A stretch of DNA of 64,000 nt from assembly GCA_963842085.1 (NCBI GenBank), contig CAWJET010000001.1:1792001-1856000 (forward strand). The letters run 5' to 3'. Under the pieces are notes generated by a model that ran no database searches, had not been told where the DNA came from, and was given only the letters and a program-made list of their open reading frames with translations. Source of the DNA: an uncultured delta proteobacterium. GTDB taxonomy: Bacteria; Desulfobacterota; Binatia; Binatales; Binataceae. The translations under genes and the position numbers were made by a program. Below, piece by piece: positions 9,727-23,043 of the stretch; the first letter of the stretch is position 1, and each line of letters opens with the position of its first letter.

Positions 9727-10582
9727 AAGGACGAATCCGGAGCGGTTCGTCCTCGGTTTCATCAAGTTTTTCGGCACACCGCTATGCATCGCCGCGCTGC
9801 TCGCCGCGATGGTTGCGGTCACCCGCGCGCGCGCCGGGCGATGGGAGGACGCGGCGCTGGCCGCGTCACTCGCGCTGGCATGTGCGGGCGCGGGAATCGG
9901 CGCGAGCTGGTGGGTTCGATACCACGCGCGCGCGCCGGATGCTTCCGAGCGATTGCGCGCGGCGAATCCCGACGCGCCGTGGATGTGGCGGGAGGACTGG
10001 GCCGCGGGCGAAGTCCGCACTTCGGCGCGGCGCGACGCGAATCGACTGACGCTCATCGCGCTCGCATGGTGCGTCGCGACGTTTCCGATCTTCTTCATCG
10101 CGCCGCACCGCGCGCTCCGAGGCGCCGACTACTTCGCGCTGCCGTCTTTGATATTGCCGCTCGCCGGCGTCGTCATGCTGACGTGGGCGATGCGGATGCG
10201 GCGGCGACTCCGCGAATACGGCGAATCCCGGTTCGCGATCGCTTCCGTGCCCGGGCAAATCGGCGGTTCGCTCGACGGTTCGATTCATATCGACAAGCCG
10301 ATCCCGGCAGGGCAACAAGTCGCGCTCGAACTCGAATGCATCAACCGCACGACCCGCGGCTCCTGGCACAGTCTCACGACGTGGGACTGGATTTTGTGGC
10401 GCGCCGAGCAAACTTCGATGAGCGATTCGACGGGATCGATTCCCGCCGCGTTCATGATCGCGCCGGACTGCCGGCCTACCGACGACTCGAATCCTCGAAG
10501 CCGAATCGTCTGGCGCCTGAGCGCGAGGGCAGGGGAATACCGCGCGGAGTTCGAGGTGCCAGTGTTCCTTATTGTCGCCTGA
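9716..10582 (+). CDS. Hypothetical membrane protein (about 4 TM helices plus a C-terminal beta-rich domain)
   Basis: Overlaps the aroA end; hydrophobic segments, PWMWREDW motif, C-terminal YRAEFEVPVF. Start is uncertain. Confidence 0.65.
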   Translation: MASKRTNPERFVLGFIKFFGTPLCIAALLAAMVAVTRARAGRWEDAALAASLALACAGAGIGASWWVRYHARAPDASERLRAANPDAPWMWREDWAAGEVRTSARRDANRLTLIALAWCVATFPIFFIAPHRALRGADYFALPSLILPLAGVVMLTWAMRMRRRLREYGESRFAIASVPGQIGGSLDGSIHIDKPIPAGQQVALELECINRTTRGSWHSLTTWDWILWRAEQTSMSDSTGSIPAAFMIAPDCRPTDDSNPRSRIVWRLSARAGEYRAEFEVPVFLIVA

Positions 10583-10647
10583 CCCGAGCCGCCGGACCGC
10601 TTCGCGATTTCAAAACCGGAACCGGCGTCGCTTGCGCGCGGCTGTCC

Positions 10648-10692
10648 GAGATCCTTCCTGCCGCTCGCGATGCTCGCTTCGTCAGGATGACA
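10648..10692. repeat. REP-like miniature palindromic element (GTCATCCTGA...GAAGGATCTC type), single copy in this window
   Basis: Reverse complement reads TGTCATCCTGACGAAGCGAGC...GAAGGATCTC; it lies between convergent genes. Confidence 0.45.
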
Positions 10693-10728
10693 AACGGGGA
10701 TCGATCCTTTTTGCCAAACCATTACGGC

Positions 10729-11850
10729 TCAGACTTCGCCCAGCGCTTCGCGGATGGAGCGGTGGAAATGTTCGAGCGCGTTTTCGTAGCGGCCGTACAT
10801 CACTTTTCTGATCGCGCCGGATTCGAAGCCGTGCTGGATGCCCTCGCCCAGGGTGAAATCCTGATCGACCACGCCGAGCAGAAGATCCATCGTGCGCGAC
10901 CATTTTGGCGACGGCTCGGGCGCCAGGATGCTGACGGCGGTGACGCTCTCACCGACGCCGTCCGGGAAGATGCGGTAAACCTCGGCGTGATCGGATTGCA
11001 TCACGAGGATGGTCTTGGGAAACAGGTTCATCAGGATGGTTGTGTGGGGTATTAGGTTCCACTTCTCTTCGGGGAGGTCGCGCAGCTTCTCGATTGACTT
11101 GCGCACGCCGATGTAGCGGGTGTTGCGGCCGAACGCGTCGAACATCGCGAGGTTCTTGATGAACAGCGGGCCGACGTTACCAGCGTGCAGCACTTTGATG
11201 TGGTACGCCTCCCAGAATGTGTCGCTGACCAGCTTCCAATTCATCCGGCGGCGGACGACGCGCGTCTCCTGATGCGCCATCGTGGCGATGCCGTACGACC
11301 CGATGTCGTCGCCGAGACCGGCGAGCATCGCGTCAACGTCGATCGCCTCGCCCGGACCGGGGGTCGCGAAGATGAGGCCGTACTTCTCGGCGACCGGCAA
11401 TGCGACCAAGCCGCTGGCGGCGCGATCGAGACCTTCGAATCCGTAGTCGTCGGGAATCGCGACGAGGCGTCCGTCGGTGTCGTAGCTCCACGCGTGATAG
11501 GGGCATGAAAACAGCTTCGCGGTGTGGCCGCATCCGGCGAGGAGCTGGGCGCCGCGATGACGGCAGATATTCACGAAGGCGCGCAACTCGCCGGAGGTGT
11601 TGCGCACGACGAGGATTGGCACAGGCGCGAGATCCTCGGTGAGGTAGTCGCCGGGATTGGGAATCTGGGAGCTGAAGCCGGCGACGATCGGATGATGCCG
11701 AAACAGCACGTCACGTTCGCGGGCGGCACGCTGCGGCGACGTGTACGCGGACGTATCGTTGCGCGTGAATCGCTCGGCCATCGGCGGCGTCCCGCGATCG
11801 ATCGCGTCGAAGATCTGGTGGATGAGATTGACCTGGGTTGAGTGCTTCAT
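10729..11850 (-). CDS. Rieske non-heme iron oxygenase, alpha subunit
   Basis: NICRHRG...CPYHAWSY Rieske ligands; NWK...EAYHIKVLH mononuclear iron motif; C-terminal Asp (DQDF). Confidence 0.92.
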   Translation of the reverse strand: MKHSTQVNLIHQIFDAIDRGTPPMAERFTRNDTSAYTSPQRAARERDVLFRHHPIVAGFSSQIPNPGDYLTEDLAPVPILVVRNTSGELRAFVNICRHRGAQLLAGCGHTAKLFSCPYHAWSYDTDGRLVAIPDDYGFEGLDRAASGLVALPVAEKYGLIFATPGPGEAIDVDAMLAGLGDDIGSYGIATMAHQETRVVRRRMNWKLVSDTFWEAYHIKVLHAGNVGPLFIKNLAMFDAFGRNTRYIGVRKSIEKLRDLPEEKWNLIPHTTILMNLFPKTILVMQSDHAEVYRIFPDGVGESVTAVSILAPEPSPKWSRTMDLLLGVVDQDFTLGEGIQHGFESGAIRKVMYGRYENALEHFHRSIREALGEV

Positions 11851-11978
11851 TGGGGAAGTCGGGATGCGAAGATCATCGGGAGATGGGTAAGCTATACCAT
11901 GTCATGGGTTGTGGTTCACTGGCTTATGTGCCACCAAGGATAGGTAGTGGGTGGTTTTGAAAATTGGAGATCAGGGCG

Positions 11979-12116
11979 ATGAGTAGTAAGAACAAGATAC
12001 TGACTATAGTACCGGCGATGGCACTCGGAATTGGGCTGGCACTGCCGGCTCTTGCACAGGAAACGAGTGGCCGTTATTCAATCTGCGATTCTGATCCTGG
12101 GAAGACAATTCTTTGA
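11979..12116 (+). pseudogene. 45-codon ORF that is mostly a signal peptide; probable truncated secreted-protein gene
   Basis: GGAGA RBS; MSSKNKILTIVPAMALGIGLALPALA|QETSG..., then a stop after 19 residues. Confidence 0.45.
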
Positions 12117-12159
12117 TCGAAACCGGATCAGGGAATATGCACCAGTCGGCAGCTGCTAA

Positions 12160-13143
12160 CTATTGCCTCGCTATATTCTCAACGGTAATCACCAGTCCAG
12201 GCATCACTCGCAGAATTCCGAATAGCGACGGCAATCCTCGATTGACTAGATGAACACCGTGCGCTGCCGCCAAACCATTTTCTTGGGAGCTTCGCTCAAT
12301 CAGCGCAAAAGGTACAAGGAATGACGCTGGATGCGTTTCAGGCTTCTCCACCCGGTGGGCTTCCGCCTGAGCCGGCAAGTTGCCTAGTCGAACGCGGTTG
12401 ATCTCATTCTCCAGTTCTTGGCCTATTGTCTCCGCTTCGATCTTTTTGGCGTCGGCTCTTGCCCTCTCGGCATCGGCTCTTGCCCTCTCGGCATCGGTTT
12501 TTGCCTGCTCGGCGTCGCTTCTTCCCTTTTCGGACCTTCGCTTCTGCCAATTCAGCGTCAGATCGATAGCACCGGTGAGAACAGCCGTTCCTGCTATTAC
12601 AGGAACAGAAATCACACCGACACCGCACGTAGTGAGTAAACTCAACCCACCGACGACCAAACCAGGACCCGTTGCGAGAAAGTCCACCGAACCTTTGACA
12701 ACCCGAACAGTCGGCATCGCGGCATCCGCGCCAAACGAGCGATTTGCCGCCAAAAGCGATGTAACGAGTTCTGTCAGCGCTAATGAGGTGGCTGCGACTT
12801 CGGAAAGTGGCAGCCCACCATCGAGGGCAGCGCGCATCGCCGGATGGCTAAATCGAACAAGAAATTCGCGCGGCTCCAGCAGACTGCGGTCAAAAGGCAA
12901 CATTCCGCTTTGAACGAGCTGGACCATCTCATCGTCTGAAGGATCGATTCTTCGTAAGAGGTGCGGGAGTATCTTGGCGCCATTTTGAGTTACCCAAGAA
13001 TCCGCCTCTTCCAGATCTCCATCCTCTGCGTCTCCGCGTAAGAGCGACGGCCTATCGTCACTTATCTCTGCCTCGCGGATGATCTCAAGCCGATCGGCTT
13101 CGGTAAGTTTAAGAATGAGCTCTCGCAATACTTCACTCGGCAT
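12160..13143 (-). CDS. Hypothetical protein with a hydrophobic hairpin and heptad coiled-coil repeats
   Basis: GGAGG RBS before ATG at 13143; GLVVGGLSLL...VIAGTAVLTGAI hydrophobic region; DAEQAKT/DAERARA/DAERARA/DAKKIEA repeats; AT-richer codon usage. Confidence 0.6.
   Translation of the reverse strand: MPSEVLRELILKLTEADRLEIIREAEISDDRPSLLRGDAEDGDLEEADSWVTQNGAKILPHLLRRIDPSDDEMVQLVQSGMLPFDRSLLEPREFLVRFSHPAMRAALDGGLPLSEVAATSLALTELVTSLLAANRSFGADAAMPTVRVVKGSVDFLATGPGLVVGGLSLLTTCGVGVISVPVIAGTAVLTGAIDLTLNWQKRRSEKGRSDAEQAKTDAERARADAERARADAKKIEAETIGQELENEINRVRLGNLPAQAEAHRVEKPETHPASFLVPFALIERSSQENGLAAAHGVHLVNRGLPSLFGILRVMPGLVITVENIARQ
12452..12514. repeat. 21-bp coding tandem repeat x3
   Basis: tcggctcttgccctctcggca twice exactly, plus one degenerate copy. 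Confidence 0.8.
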
Positions 13144-13370
13144 CGCGGCACCTCCGGGGCATCTTGCCCCTGACCGGCTTCGCATCGAGCCTACATTCGC
13201 CCATAATTTATCCGCAAAAGCAAAAGGCGAAATGAAGCACAAAGGTGTCTCGATTCCAGAGACGGATCATCGAGCGCGTGGTGGAATTCCTCCCCAACCG
13301 CAATATCCGCGTCGATATGGTCCCGATCAGCGCCGCTGAGTATTTCAAAAAAGCAATTGAGCCTGTGTGA

Positions 13371-13392
13371 ATCGGTTATATGGATAACCGAT
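13371..13392. promoter_or_regulatory. Perfect palindrome upstream of the Crp/Fnr gene; candidate operator
   Basis: ATCGGTTAT-atgg-ATAACCGAT. Confidence 0.5.
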
Positions 13393-13460
13393 CTCGTCGA
13401 ATAAACGCTGCGCGCTCAGCCTGATCACGTGAGAATCAGCCAGCCTGCTATATTGTGTCA

Positions 13461-14174
13461 ATGACCGCTGCTCGTGCATCGCCCCGGAGACTAGAAAGCC
13501 TCAAGAACATCTCCTGGCTCACGGCGCGCCAGCTCGACAAGCTCTCCAACGCGCTAACGGTCAGCACCATCGAAAAGCGCGCGATCATTTTCGACGAGAA
13601 ACATTCACCCGACTCCGCATACATCTTGCTCGCGGGAGTGGCACGAATCACATGCCGCAATCGCAAGGGTCGGCGTACCCTGGTGATCATGGTCGCGCCC
13701 GGTATGGTTCCCGGCTTCCCGCCGGCGGTACCCGGCTTCAGTTACGATTTTCGCTGCGAAGCGGTTACCCCTTGTCGGATAGGGACGATCCAACTCGACT
13801 CGTTGATCGAAATAACACTGGGCATTGCTTCGACAAACTTCAAACGGATGGCGGCGAGCTACCTGGGCCGCTGGGATTTAGTTCAACTGCGCTGCGCAAA
13901 TTTCATGAGCTGTACTTTGGAAGAACGGTTGGCTCTAATTCTGCTGGAATTGAGTGAAACTTTTGGGGCTTCCGATGGAAAAGAAATACGGCTGACATTA
14001 CCGGTCCGGCACAGGGATTTGGCTGAACTGATCGGTGCCTCGCGCCCCCGAATTACCGAACAGTTGGCTTTGTTCGAGCAAAAGCATCTGATTTCGCGCA
14101 AAGGCCACCAGCTCGTTGTCAATCGCGATCGATTGGAAGGTCTTTTGGCGCAAACTCACATTTCTGAAAATTAG
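13461..14174 (+). CDS. Crp/Fnr family transcriptional regulator
   Basis: cNMP-like beta-roll (YILLAGVARI) and C-terminal HTH (LEERLA..LLEL...HRDLAELIGASRPRITEQL). Confidence 0.88.
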   Translation: MTAARASPRRLESLKNISWLTARQLDKLSNALTVSTIEKRAIIFDEKHSPDSAYILLAGVARITCRNRKGRRTLVIMVAPGMVPGFPPAVPGFSYDFRCEAVTPCRIGTIQLDSLIEITLGIASTNFKRMAASYLGRWDLVQLRCANFMSCTLEERLALILLELSETFGASDGKEIRLTLPVRHRDLAELIGASRPRITEQLALFEQKHLISRKGHQLVVNRDRLEGLLAQTHISEN

Positions 14175-14498
14175 CGCTTTTACCGTTGTGGTTCCTCACA
14201 ACTTGATCCGAGCGAATTGGTGGGTGGTTTCGATCGGCTGGCGATAGCCTGCGGTGGCATGGAAATGTCGACAAACGAGTCATTCCAGGTAGCCGGAAGC
14301 GCGAACCGCGAACCCGCACCGTCGCGGCGCCACTTTCCTGATTCGAAGTCCACCGCGTTAGCGCGCCCCGGCGAGTCTCCCGCGTTTCCGTGCGCGCGGA
14401 TGAGGTTTTGAGGAATCATGCCCTCATGGTGAAGCCAACGCGTGCCTCTCCTTTTTTTGGGCGTCCTATCTTAGAGTGAATTTTCGGTAACTGTGCCT

Positions 14499-15505
14499 CT
14501 AGCTGCTGCTGCCGCGCAACGAGTAGGAACTCAGCACGCGGACATAGTTGGAGCGCTGGAAGGCCGCCGGGTTGGGCACATTGCGCTGACTCATGCTGCC
14601 GCACATCTGGCGAATAGACTCGTACTCGTGCTCCTCCATCCATCTCAGGAGGTCGCGCAAGACGGCGTCGAGATGCTCGACGCCGTTGCGGAGCAGTGCC
14701 GAGGTCATCATCGTGATCCGCGCGCCGGCCATCATGGCTTTCAGCACATCCTGCGCGCTATGCACGCCGCCGGTGATCGCAAGGTCGGCATCAACATGTC
14801 CGAAGAGGATCGCGACCCAATGCAGCCTCAGCAGCAATTCTTCGGGGCGACTCAGAGTCAGGCTGGGCGTGACTTCGAGCAGCTCGAGATCCAAATCGGG
14901 CTGGTAGAAGCGATTGAACAGCACCAGCGCATTCGCGCCGACGCCATCGAATCGTTTTGCGATGTTCGCGGGAGCACTGAAGAATGGCGACAGCTTCACC
15001 GCGACGGGAACCCGTACACTTTGTTTTACCTCGCGAACCAGCTCGAGGTATGCCCGCTCGACGTCGCCGGCGGTGAGTTGCGGGTCGGTCACTACCGAAT
15101 AGAGGTTCAGCTCGATGGCGTCGGCGCCCGCTTGTTCCATCTCGCGCGCATAACGGAGCCAACCGCCGGCTGAGACGCCATTGAGGCTGCCGATGACAGG
15201 AATCGAGACGCTCGCCTTGGCCTTGCGAATCAGCTCCAGGTAGCCGTCGGGACCGAGGTTGTAGGTCGTCAGGTCGGGAAAGTAGTTCAGCGACTCGGCG
15301 AAGCTTTCAGCGCCGCGAAACAGATCCGCGTCAAGCGTCTCACTTTCCAGCGTGAGCTGCTCTTCGAAGAGCGATGGCAGCACGACGGCGGCGATCGCGT
15401 GATCTTCGAGCTGCCGAATCTTGTCGAGCGAATCGCTGAGTGGCGACGCCGACGCGACGATGGGGTTTTTCAATGCAAGGCCCAGGTACGTCGTCGTAAG
15501 GTCGA

Positions 15506-15509
<4 letters not shown>
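14499..15509 (-). CDS. Dihydroorotate dehydrogenase-like flavoprotein (PFOR-associated family)
   Basis: [56 protein letters not shown]-coupled to the nifJ stop. Confidence 0.9.
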
Positions 15510-19111
<3,602 letters not shown>

Positions 19112-19336
19112 TTCTAAGCTCCCGCTGAACGCTGCCGCGCGACAGACGAGTGAGACGTGCCGGCGATCCTACCACAAAAAAATCAGCGCTGGTGACCCTT
19201 TCCCCCGCCCGTTCACGGATTACAGGCAGGAGGAATTTCAACTTGGGATTCAAGCGCCATTTTGTTACTTACAAGTAATCGGCAAGAGTCAAACCTGATC
19301 ACCATCCTCCTGCGTCTTCGAAAAAGGAGTTGATCC

Positions 19337-19804
19337 ATGGCTGACACGACCGGAATCGGCAAAGTGCTGCGCGACATAGCGCAAGCATATGTTGATGGCC
19401 TCTCGACAATAGGTGGCGCGATTGGTGATCTCGCCAAGCGCCGCATACCCGACGGCGAACGACAGATGGAGCACTGGATCGGAGTTGCCCGCGCCGCCAA
19501 GGACGGCTACGTAGCGGCAATCGATCAGAGCTTCGCCGTTTGGGAGCGGCGGATTCGCCGGACGATGGCTCCCCCGCAGTCATCCTCTTCCGGAAAGAAG
19601 TCGAACAGCGAGCAGAAAGCTCCAGCGAGTCAAATCGAAGCGTGGTTCGAGGCGTGGCGCGATGCGAACGAGTCTTTCATGCAGTCGATTCGAGATAGCG
19701 GACTCGGCGAGGAGGCTCTCAAACAAACCAGAGAATTGCGCAAGACGCTCGACGATGGCCTCAAGAATTTGCAGAAGCTGTGGCAGCCCTCGAGCAAGGG
19801 ATAG
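19337..19804 (+). CDS. Hypothetical amphipathic-helical protein (phasin or lipid-body-protein-like?)
   Basis: AAGGAG RBS; 155 aa, helix-like composition with periodic W/F and no TM segment; converges on WS/DGAT. Confidence 0.6.
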   Translation: MADTTGIGKVLRDIAQAYVDGLSTIGGAIGDLAKRRIPDGERQMEHWIGVARAAKDGYVAAIDQSFAVWERRIRRTMAPPQSSSSGKKSNSEQKAPASQIEAWFEAWRDANESFMQSIRDSGLGEEALKQTRELRKTLDDGLKNLQKLWQPSSKG

Positions 19805-19865
19805 GCTCTGCCGGGCGTCAACCGCAACTCCCGGACTCCCCGATTTCCTGCAAGCGCGGCGCCGA

Positions 19866-21458
19866 TCAGTGGGCGTTCATCGCCGCGAGACCCGGATGCG
19901 GAGAATCATCGCGGATCGCGAGCGGCGTGCCCACCTGTTTCGGTCTCTTCGGACGCGGCGGAGCTGCCGCAGGCACGTTCTGGGCGACGGCGGCCCGCTT
20001 CAGTTCCTCGAAGACCTGCTCGACCAGCGACTTCATGCGATCCGGATCGGGCATCAGATTGGGTGCAGCCATCATCGTGAAATAGAGATTCTGGTTGTAG
20101 CTGATGATCGGCACGCCGAATCCGAGATTGGCGCCCAACGGAAGCAGGCCGAGGTAGTCGACCATCCGATGGCCCGCGAGATAGAGCGGCACCTGTGAGC
20201 CGGGAACGTTGGTGGCGATGAAACTTATCCCCATCGGCTGCGCCGCGCGTCTGACCCATGACGGGAAAATTCGCTGGAACGACACTGCGGTATCCATCGC
20301 CGTGGTTGCAAATCCGGCGAGCGTCGCGACCAATGCCGGCGGCGAGGCACTCAGGCCGATACTCATCAATCTTTCGAGCGCCTGCGGCTCCGCGGCTTCC
20401 TTGATCCTTTGGGTCTCAGCCGTGACGAGCTTCAGCCTGGCCACCGGATCCATTGGTTCAGCGGGCAATTCGGGGAACATCATCGAAACCCGGTTCCCCA
20501 ACGACCCGTTTTCGTCGTCGTGTCTCACACTGACCGGGCACCCGATTCGGAAGGGTGCGCCAGGCTGCACGCGATGATCGCGCAGGTAGCGGGCGGCGCC
20601 CTCGCTGAGCATCGTCAGCACGACATCGTTGATGGTGCCGCCAAAGGCGCTGCGAATCGCCCGGATATCCGCAAACGACGTGCGCAGCCAGGCCAGCGTC
20701 CGCTCCTGGGTGACCAGGCCGGCGCTCCAAGGTGTGGCCGCGATCGGTCGAATCATCTGCCGGGCCAACTTGGCGAGCGCGCCGGCATCCGCGCCAAGAT
20801 CCTTAACCAACGACCGAACGTCCGGGGCCTTTCGACTCAGGCGGCGCATCGAGTCGACCTGTTCCTGAGCGCGGTCGAGCGCGACGTCGACCAGCTGTCG
20901 CAGCGGTCCTGGCAGAGGTTTTGGAGACCATCGCTCGACATACGGTTCCGGCGCCGGGGGGTCCGGCCGGAAATCCATCACCACGTTCAGCAACTCCATT
21001 CCCGACACGCCATCGACGAGGCAATGGTGAATCGTCCACATCACGACCGAGCGATTGCCCTTGAAGCCGTTGAACAGGTTCACCTCCCACAGTGGGCGGT
21101 TGCGATCCAGCGGCTTGCGGAAGACCGCCATGGCCGTCTCGATCAGCTGCGCTTCGGAAGTATCCTCAGGCAACTGATGGAACTTGACGTGATTCTCGAT
21201 CGTGAAGTCGGGATCGTCCTCCAGCGTCGCGCGATCAAGATTGAAAGGCACCGGGATCAGGCGCTGACGGTAACGCGGAACCAGACGCAGTTTGCTCTCG
21301 AAATGACGGATCAACTCCGGATACGTGATCTCGTCATCGAAGAACGAGAGCGAGCCGACATGCAGTGGCCCGTTGCGCGACTCGCCGTAAATGAAGGTGG
21401 CATCCTGACCAGTGAGGCGATGGCTCAGCTTTTCAATTGCGATAGACTTTTCAGCCAT
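19866..21458 (-). CDS. Wax ester synthase/diacylglycerol acyltransferase (WS/DGAT)
   Basis: RLTGQDA.F, PLDR.RPLWE, catalytic HHCLVDG, TINDVVL, LGNRVS, TNVPG.Q.PLY. Confidence 0.93.
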   Translation of the reverse strand: MAEKSIAIEKLSHRLTGQDATFIYGESRNGPLHVGSLSFFDDEITYPELIRHFESKLRLVPRYRQRLIPVPFNLDRATLEDDPDFTIENHVKFHQLPEDTSEAQLIETAMAVFRKPLDRNRPLWEVNLFNGFKGNRSVVMWTIHHCLVDGVSGMELLNVVMDFRPDPPAPEPYVERWSPKPLPGPLRQLVDVALDRAQEQVDSMRRLSRKAPDVRSLVKDLGADAGALAKLARQMIRPIAATPWSAGLVTQERTLAWLRTSFADIRAIRSAFGGTINDVVLTMLSEGAARYLRDHRVQPGAPFRIGCPVSVRHDDENGSLGNRVSMMFPELPAEPMDPVARLKLVTAETQRIKEAAEPQALERLMSIGLSASPPALVATLAGFATTAMDTAVSFQRIFPSWVRRAAQPMGISFIATNVPGSQVPLYLAGHRMVDYLGLLPLGANLGFGVPIISYNQNLYFTMMAAPNLMPDPDRMKSLVEQVFEELKRAAVAQNVPAAAPPRPKRPKQVGTPLAIRDDSPHPGLAAMNAH

Positions 21459-21551
21459 TGTTCTCAAGCCTCCAAGGTCGCCTCATTCACTGGTCGTTGC
21501 TGCCGATTCAGGCGCCTTCGATCATTCGTCATTTTTGTTCAACGATCAGCA

Positions 21552-21567
21552 AGCAAGGAGTACGCCA
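21552..21567 (-). promoter_or_regulatory. Sigma-54 (-24/-12) promoter candidate for WS/DGAT
   Basis: Minus strand TGGCGTACTCCTTGCT with exact GG-N10-GC spacing. Confidence 0.55.
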
Positions 21568-21797
21568 CCCGACGTTCTCAGAACATGCTCAAGATAACAT
21601 GGGTAGAGATTGACCAGCCTGTCACCAAAAGGCACAGGTGGCTCCGTCGGACGCATCCGACAACAGTGAGTGGAGGCGCAGATCCTAGAATCGTCGTCCG
21701 ACTACGACATGCCAGCGAAAAACCGATTCAGCCGCCGGCCGAGGCTCTACAGCATAAGGGCGACGCTCGCTACGCTGAGTGCGGGCGCGATATGAAC

Positions 21798-21813
21798 CGG
21801 CATGGGAAATGCT
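21798..21813 (+). promoter_or_regulatory. Sigma-54 promoter candidate for the LLM gene
   Basis: CGGCATGGGAAATGCT, GG-N10-GC, about 40 bp upstream of the ATG. Confidence 0.5.
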
Positions 21814-21853
21814 CTACTGTTCGCAGCGAAGAGCCGGTAACGGAGGAACTGCA

Positions 21854-22957
21854 ATGAAGTTCGGGATGCTGCATTTCTTTGAACATCCTGCAGGGGGCAA
21901 GAGTGAGCACCAAATAATCAGAGAGCAGCTCGATTGCATGCGCGCGGCCGAGGACTTGGGCTTCGACTCCATCTGGGCACCCGAACATCATTCCACCGAA
22001 TATGGCTTCAGCGCGTCGCCTATGTTGACGCTTGCGGCGATTGCATCCGTTACGAAACGGATCCGATTGGGGAGCGGTGTCATGGTGCTGCCGTTTAACG
22101 ACCCGATCCGGGTAGCCGAGGAAGGAGCGATGGTCGACCTGATGAGCGATGGCAGGCTCGACCTTGGGGTTGGGAGAGGCTTCCAGCCAATCGAGTACCA
22201 GGGGTTCACAGTCAATCAGGCCAGGTCACGCGAGATTTTTGACGAGGCTCTCGACGTAATTGTGCGCGCATGGACGGAGGAACCGATGAGCTTCAAAGGA
22301 GCTCACTTCGACATTCCCGAGCAGTCGGTGCGTCCCAAGCCGTTGCAGAAGCCTCACCCGCCCATATGGATCGCCGCCATCAGCGAGCCTTCCTTCGAAT
22401 TGGCCGGTCGACGGGGGTTCAATCTGCTCTGTTCGCTGGTCTACGGCTTTAAGTCTGATCGCCTTCACCAGCTTCTTGCGGACTACCGCGATGCTTTACG
22501 CGAAAAAGGATTTAACCCCGAAGAGCGCGAGCTCGGCGCCTTGTGCATGGTCTATTGCTCGGAGTCAACCGAACAGGCTCGGCTGGACTTCGGTGCACCG
22601 GTGTTATGGTACTACCGAACCATTGCGAACCTCGTAGCTCCTCCACTCGGCCAGCTACCTCCAGAAGGCTACGAAGCCTATCCGAACATTCGCAAGGCGG
22701 CGCAAACTGTGCAGTGGGACGAGCTTGTGAACAGTGGCACCCTGATATGCGGAAACCCGGCGTCGTGCATCCGGCAGATTGAGGAGCTGCAGACGAAATA
22801 CGGTTTCACTCAGATACTGTGCTGGACCAGGCTATCCGGTCTTGAGAACCGAAAGGTTCTGAGAAGCATGGAGCTTATGCAAACGCATGTGATTCCGCAC
22901 TTCAAACGTCAGGCTCAAGACCGAGGTACCCGGCACGGCTTGCGTTCCCAAGAGTGA
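21854..22957 (+). CDS. Luciferase-like (LLM class) flavin-dependent oxidoreductase
   Basis: MKFG...AEDLGFDSIWAPEHH, T.RIRLG, P..VAEE.A.VD.MS.GRL.LGVGRG, PKPLQKPHPPIW; GGAGG RBS. Confidence 0.93.
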   Translation: MKFGMLHFFEHPAGGKSEHQIIREQLDCMRAAEDLGFDSIWAPEHHSTEYGFSASPMLTLAAIASVTKRIRLGSGVMVLPFNDPIRVAEEGAMVDLMSDGRLDLGVGRGFQPIEYQGFTVNQARSREIFDEALDVIVRAWTEEPMSFKGAHFDIPEQSVRPKPLQKPHPPIWIAAISEPSFELAGRRGFNLLCSLVYGFKSDRLHQLLADYRDALREKGFNPEERELGALCMVYCSESTEQARLDFGAPVLWYYRTIANLVAPPLGQLPPEGYEAYPNIRKAAQTVQWDELVNSGTLICGNPASCIRQIEELQTKYGFTQILCWTRLSGLENRKVLRSMELMQTHVIPHFKRQAQDRGTRHGLRSQE

Positions 22958-23043
22958 CGCAGCTCGCATGCAAGTATTACGGCGGGCTCGGCCGTTTCCA
23001 GTATACACGCGCTCCCGCCCTCGATTTCCCGGCGCTTGACCCG

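Noticed and set aside
8413-10098. 561-aa minus-strand ORF and many other long antisense or alternate-frame ORFs (e.g. 36620-38464, 20409-21857, 23345-24619)
   Set aside because: They are shadows of well-supported genes in high-GC DNA, with Arg/Ala-rich composition and no motifs.
14180-14419. 79-aa minus ORF and TTGTG-N6-CACAA palindrome downstream of the Crp gene
   Set aside because: No recognisable protein features; the palindrome spacing does not fit TGTGA-N6-TCACA and it lies between convergent genes.
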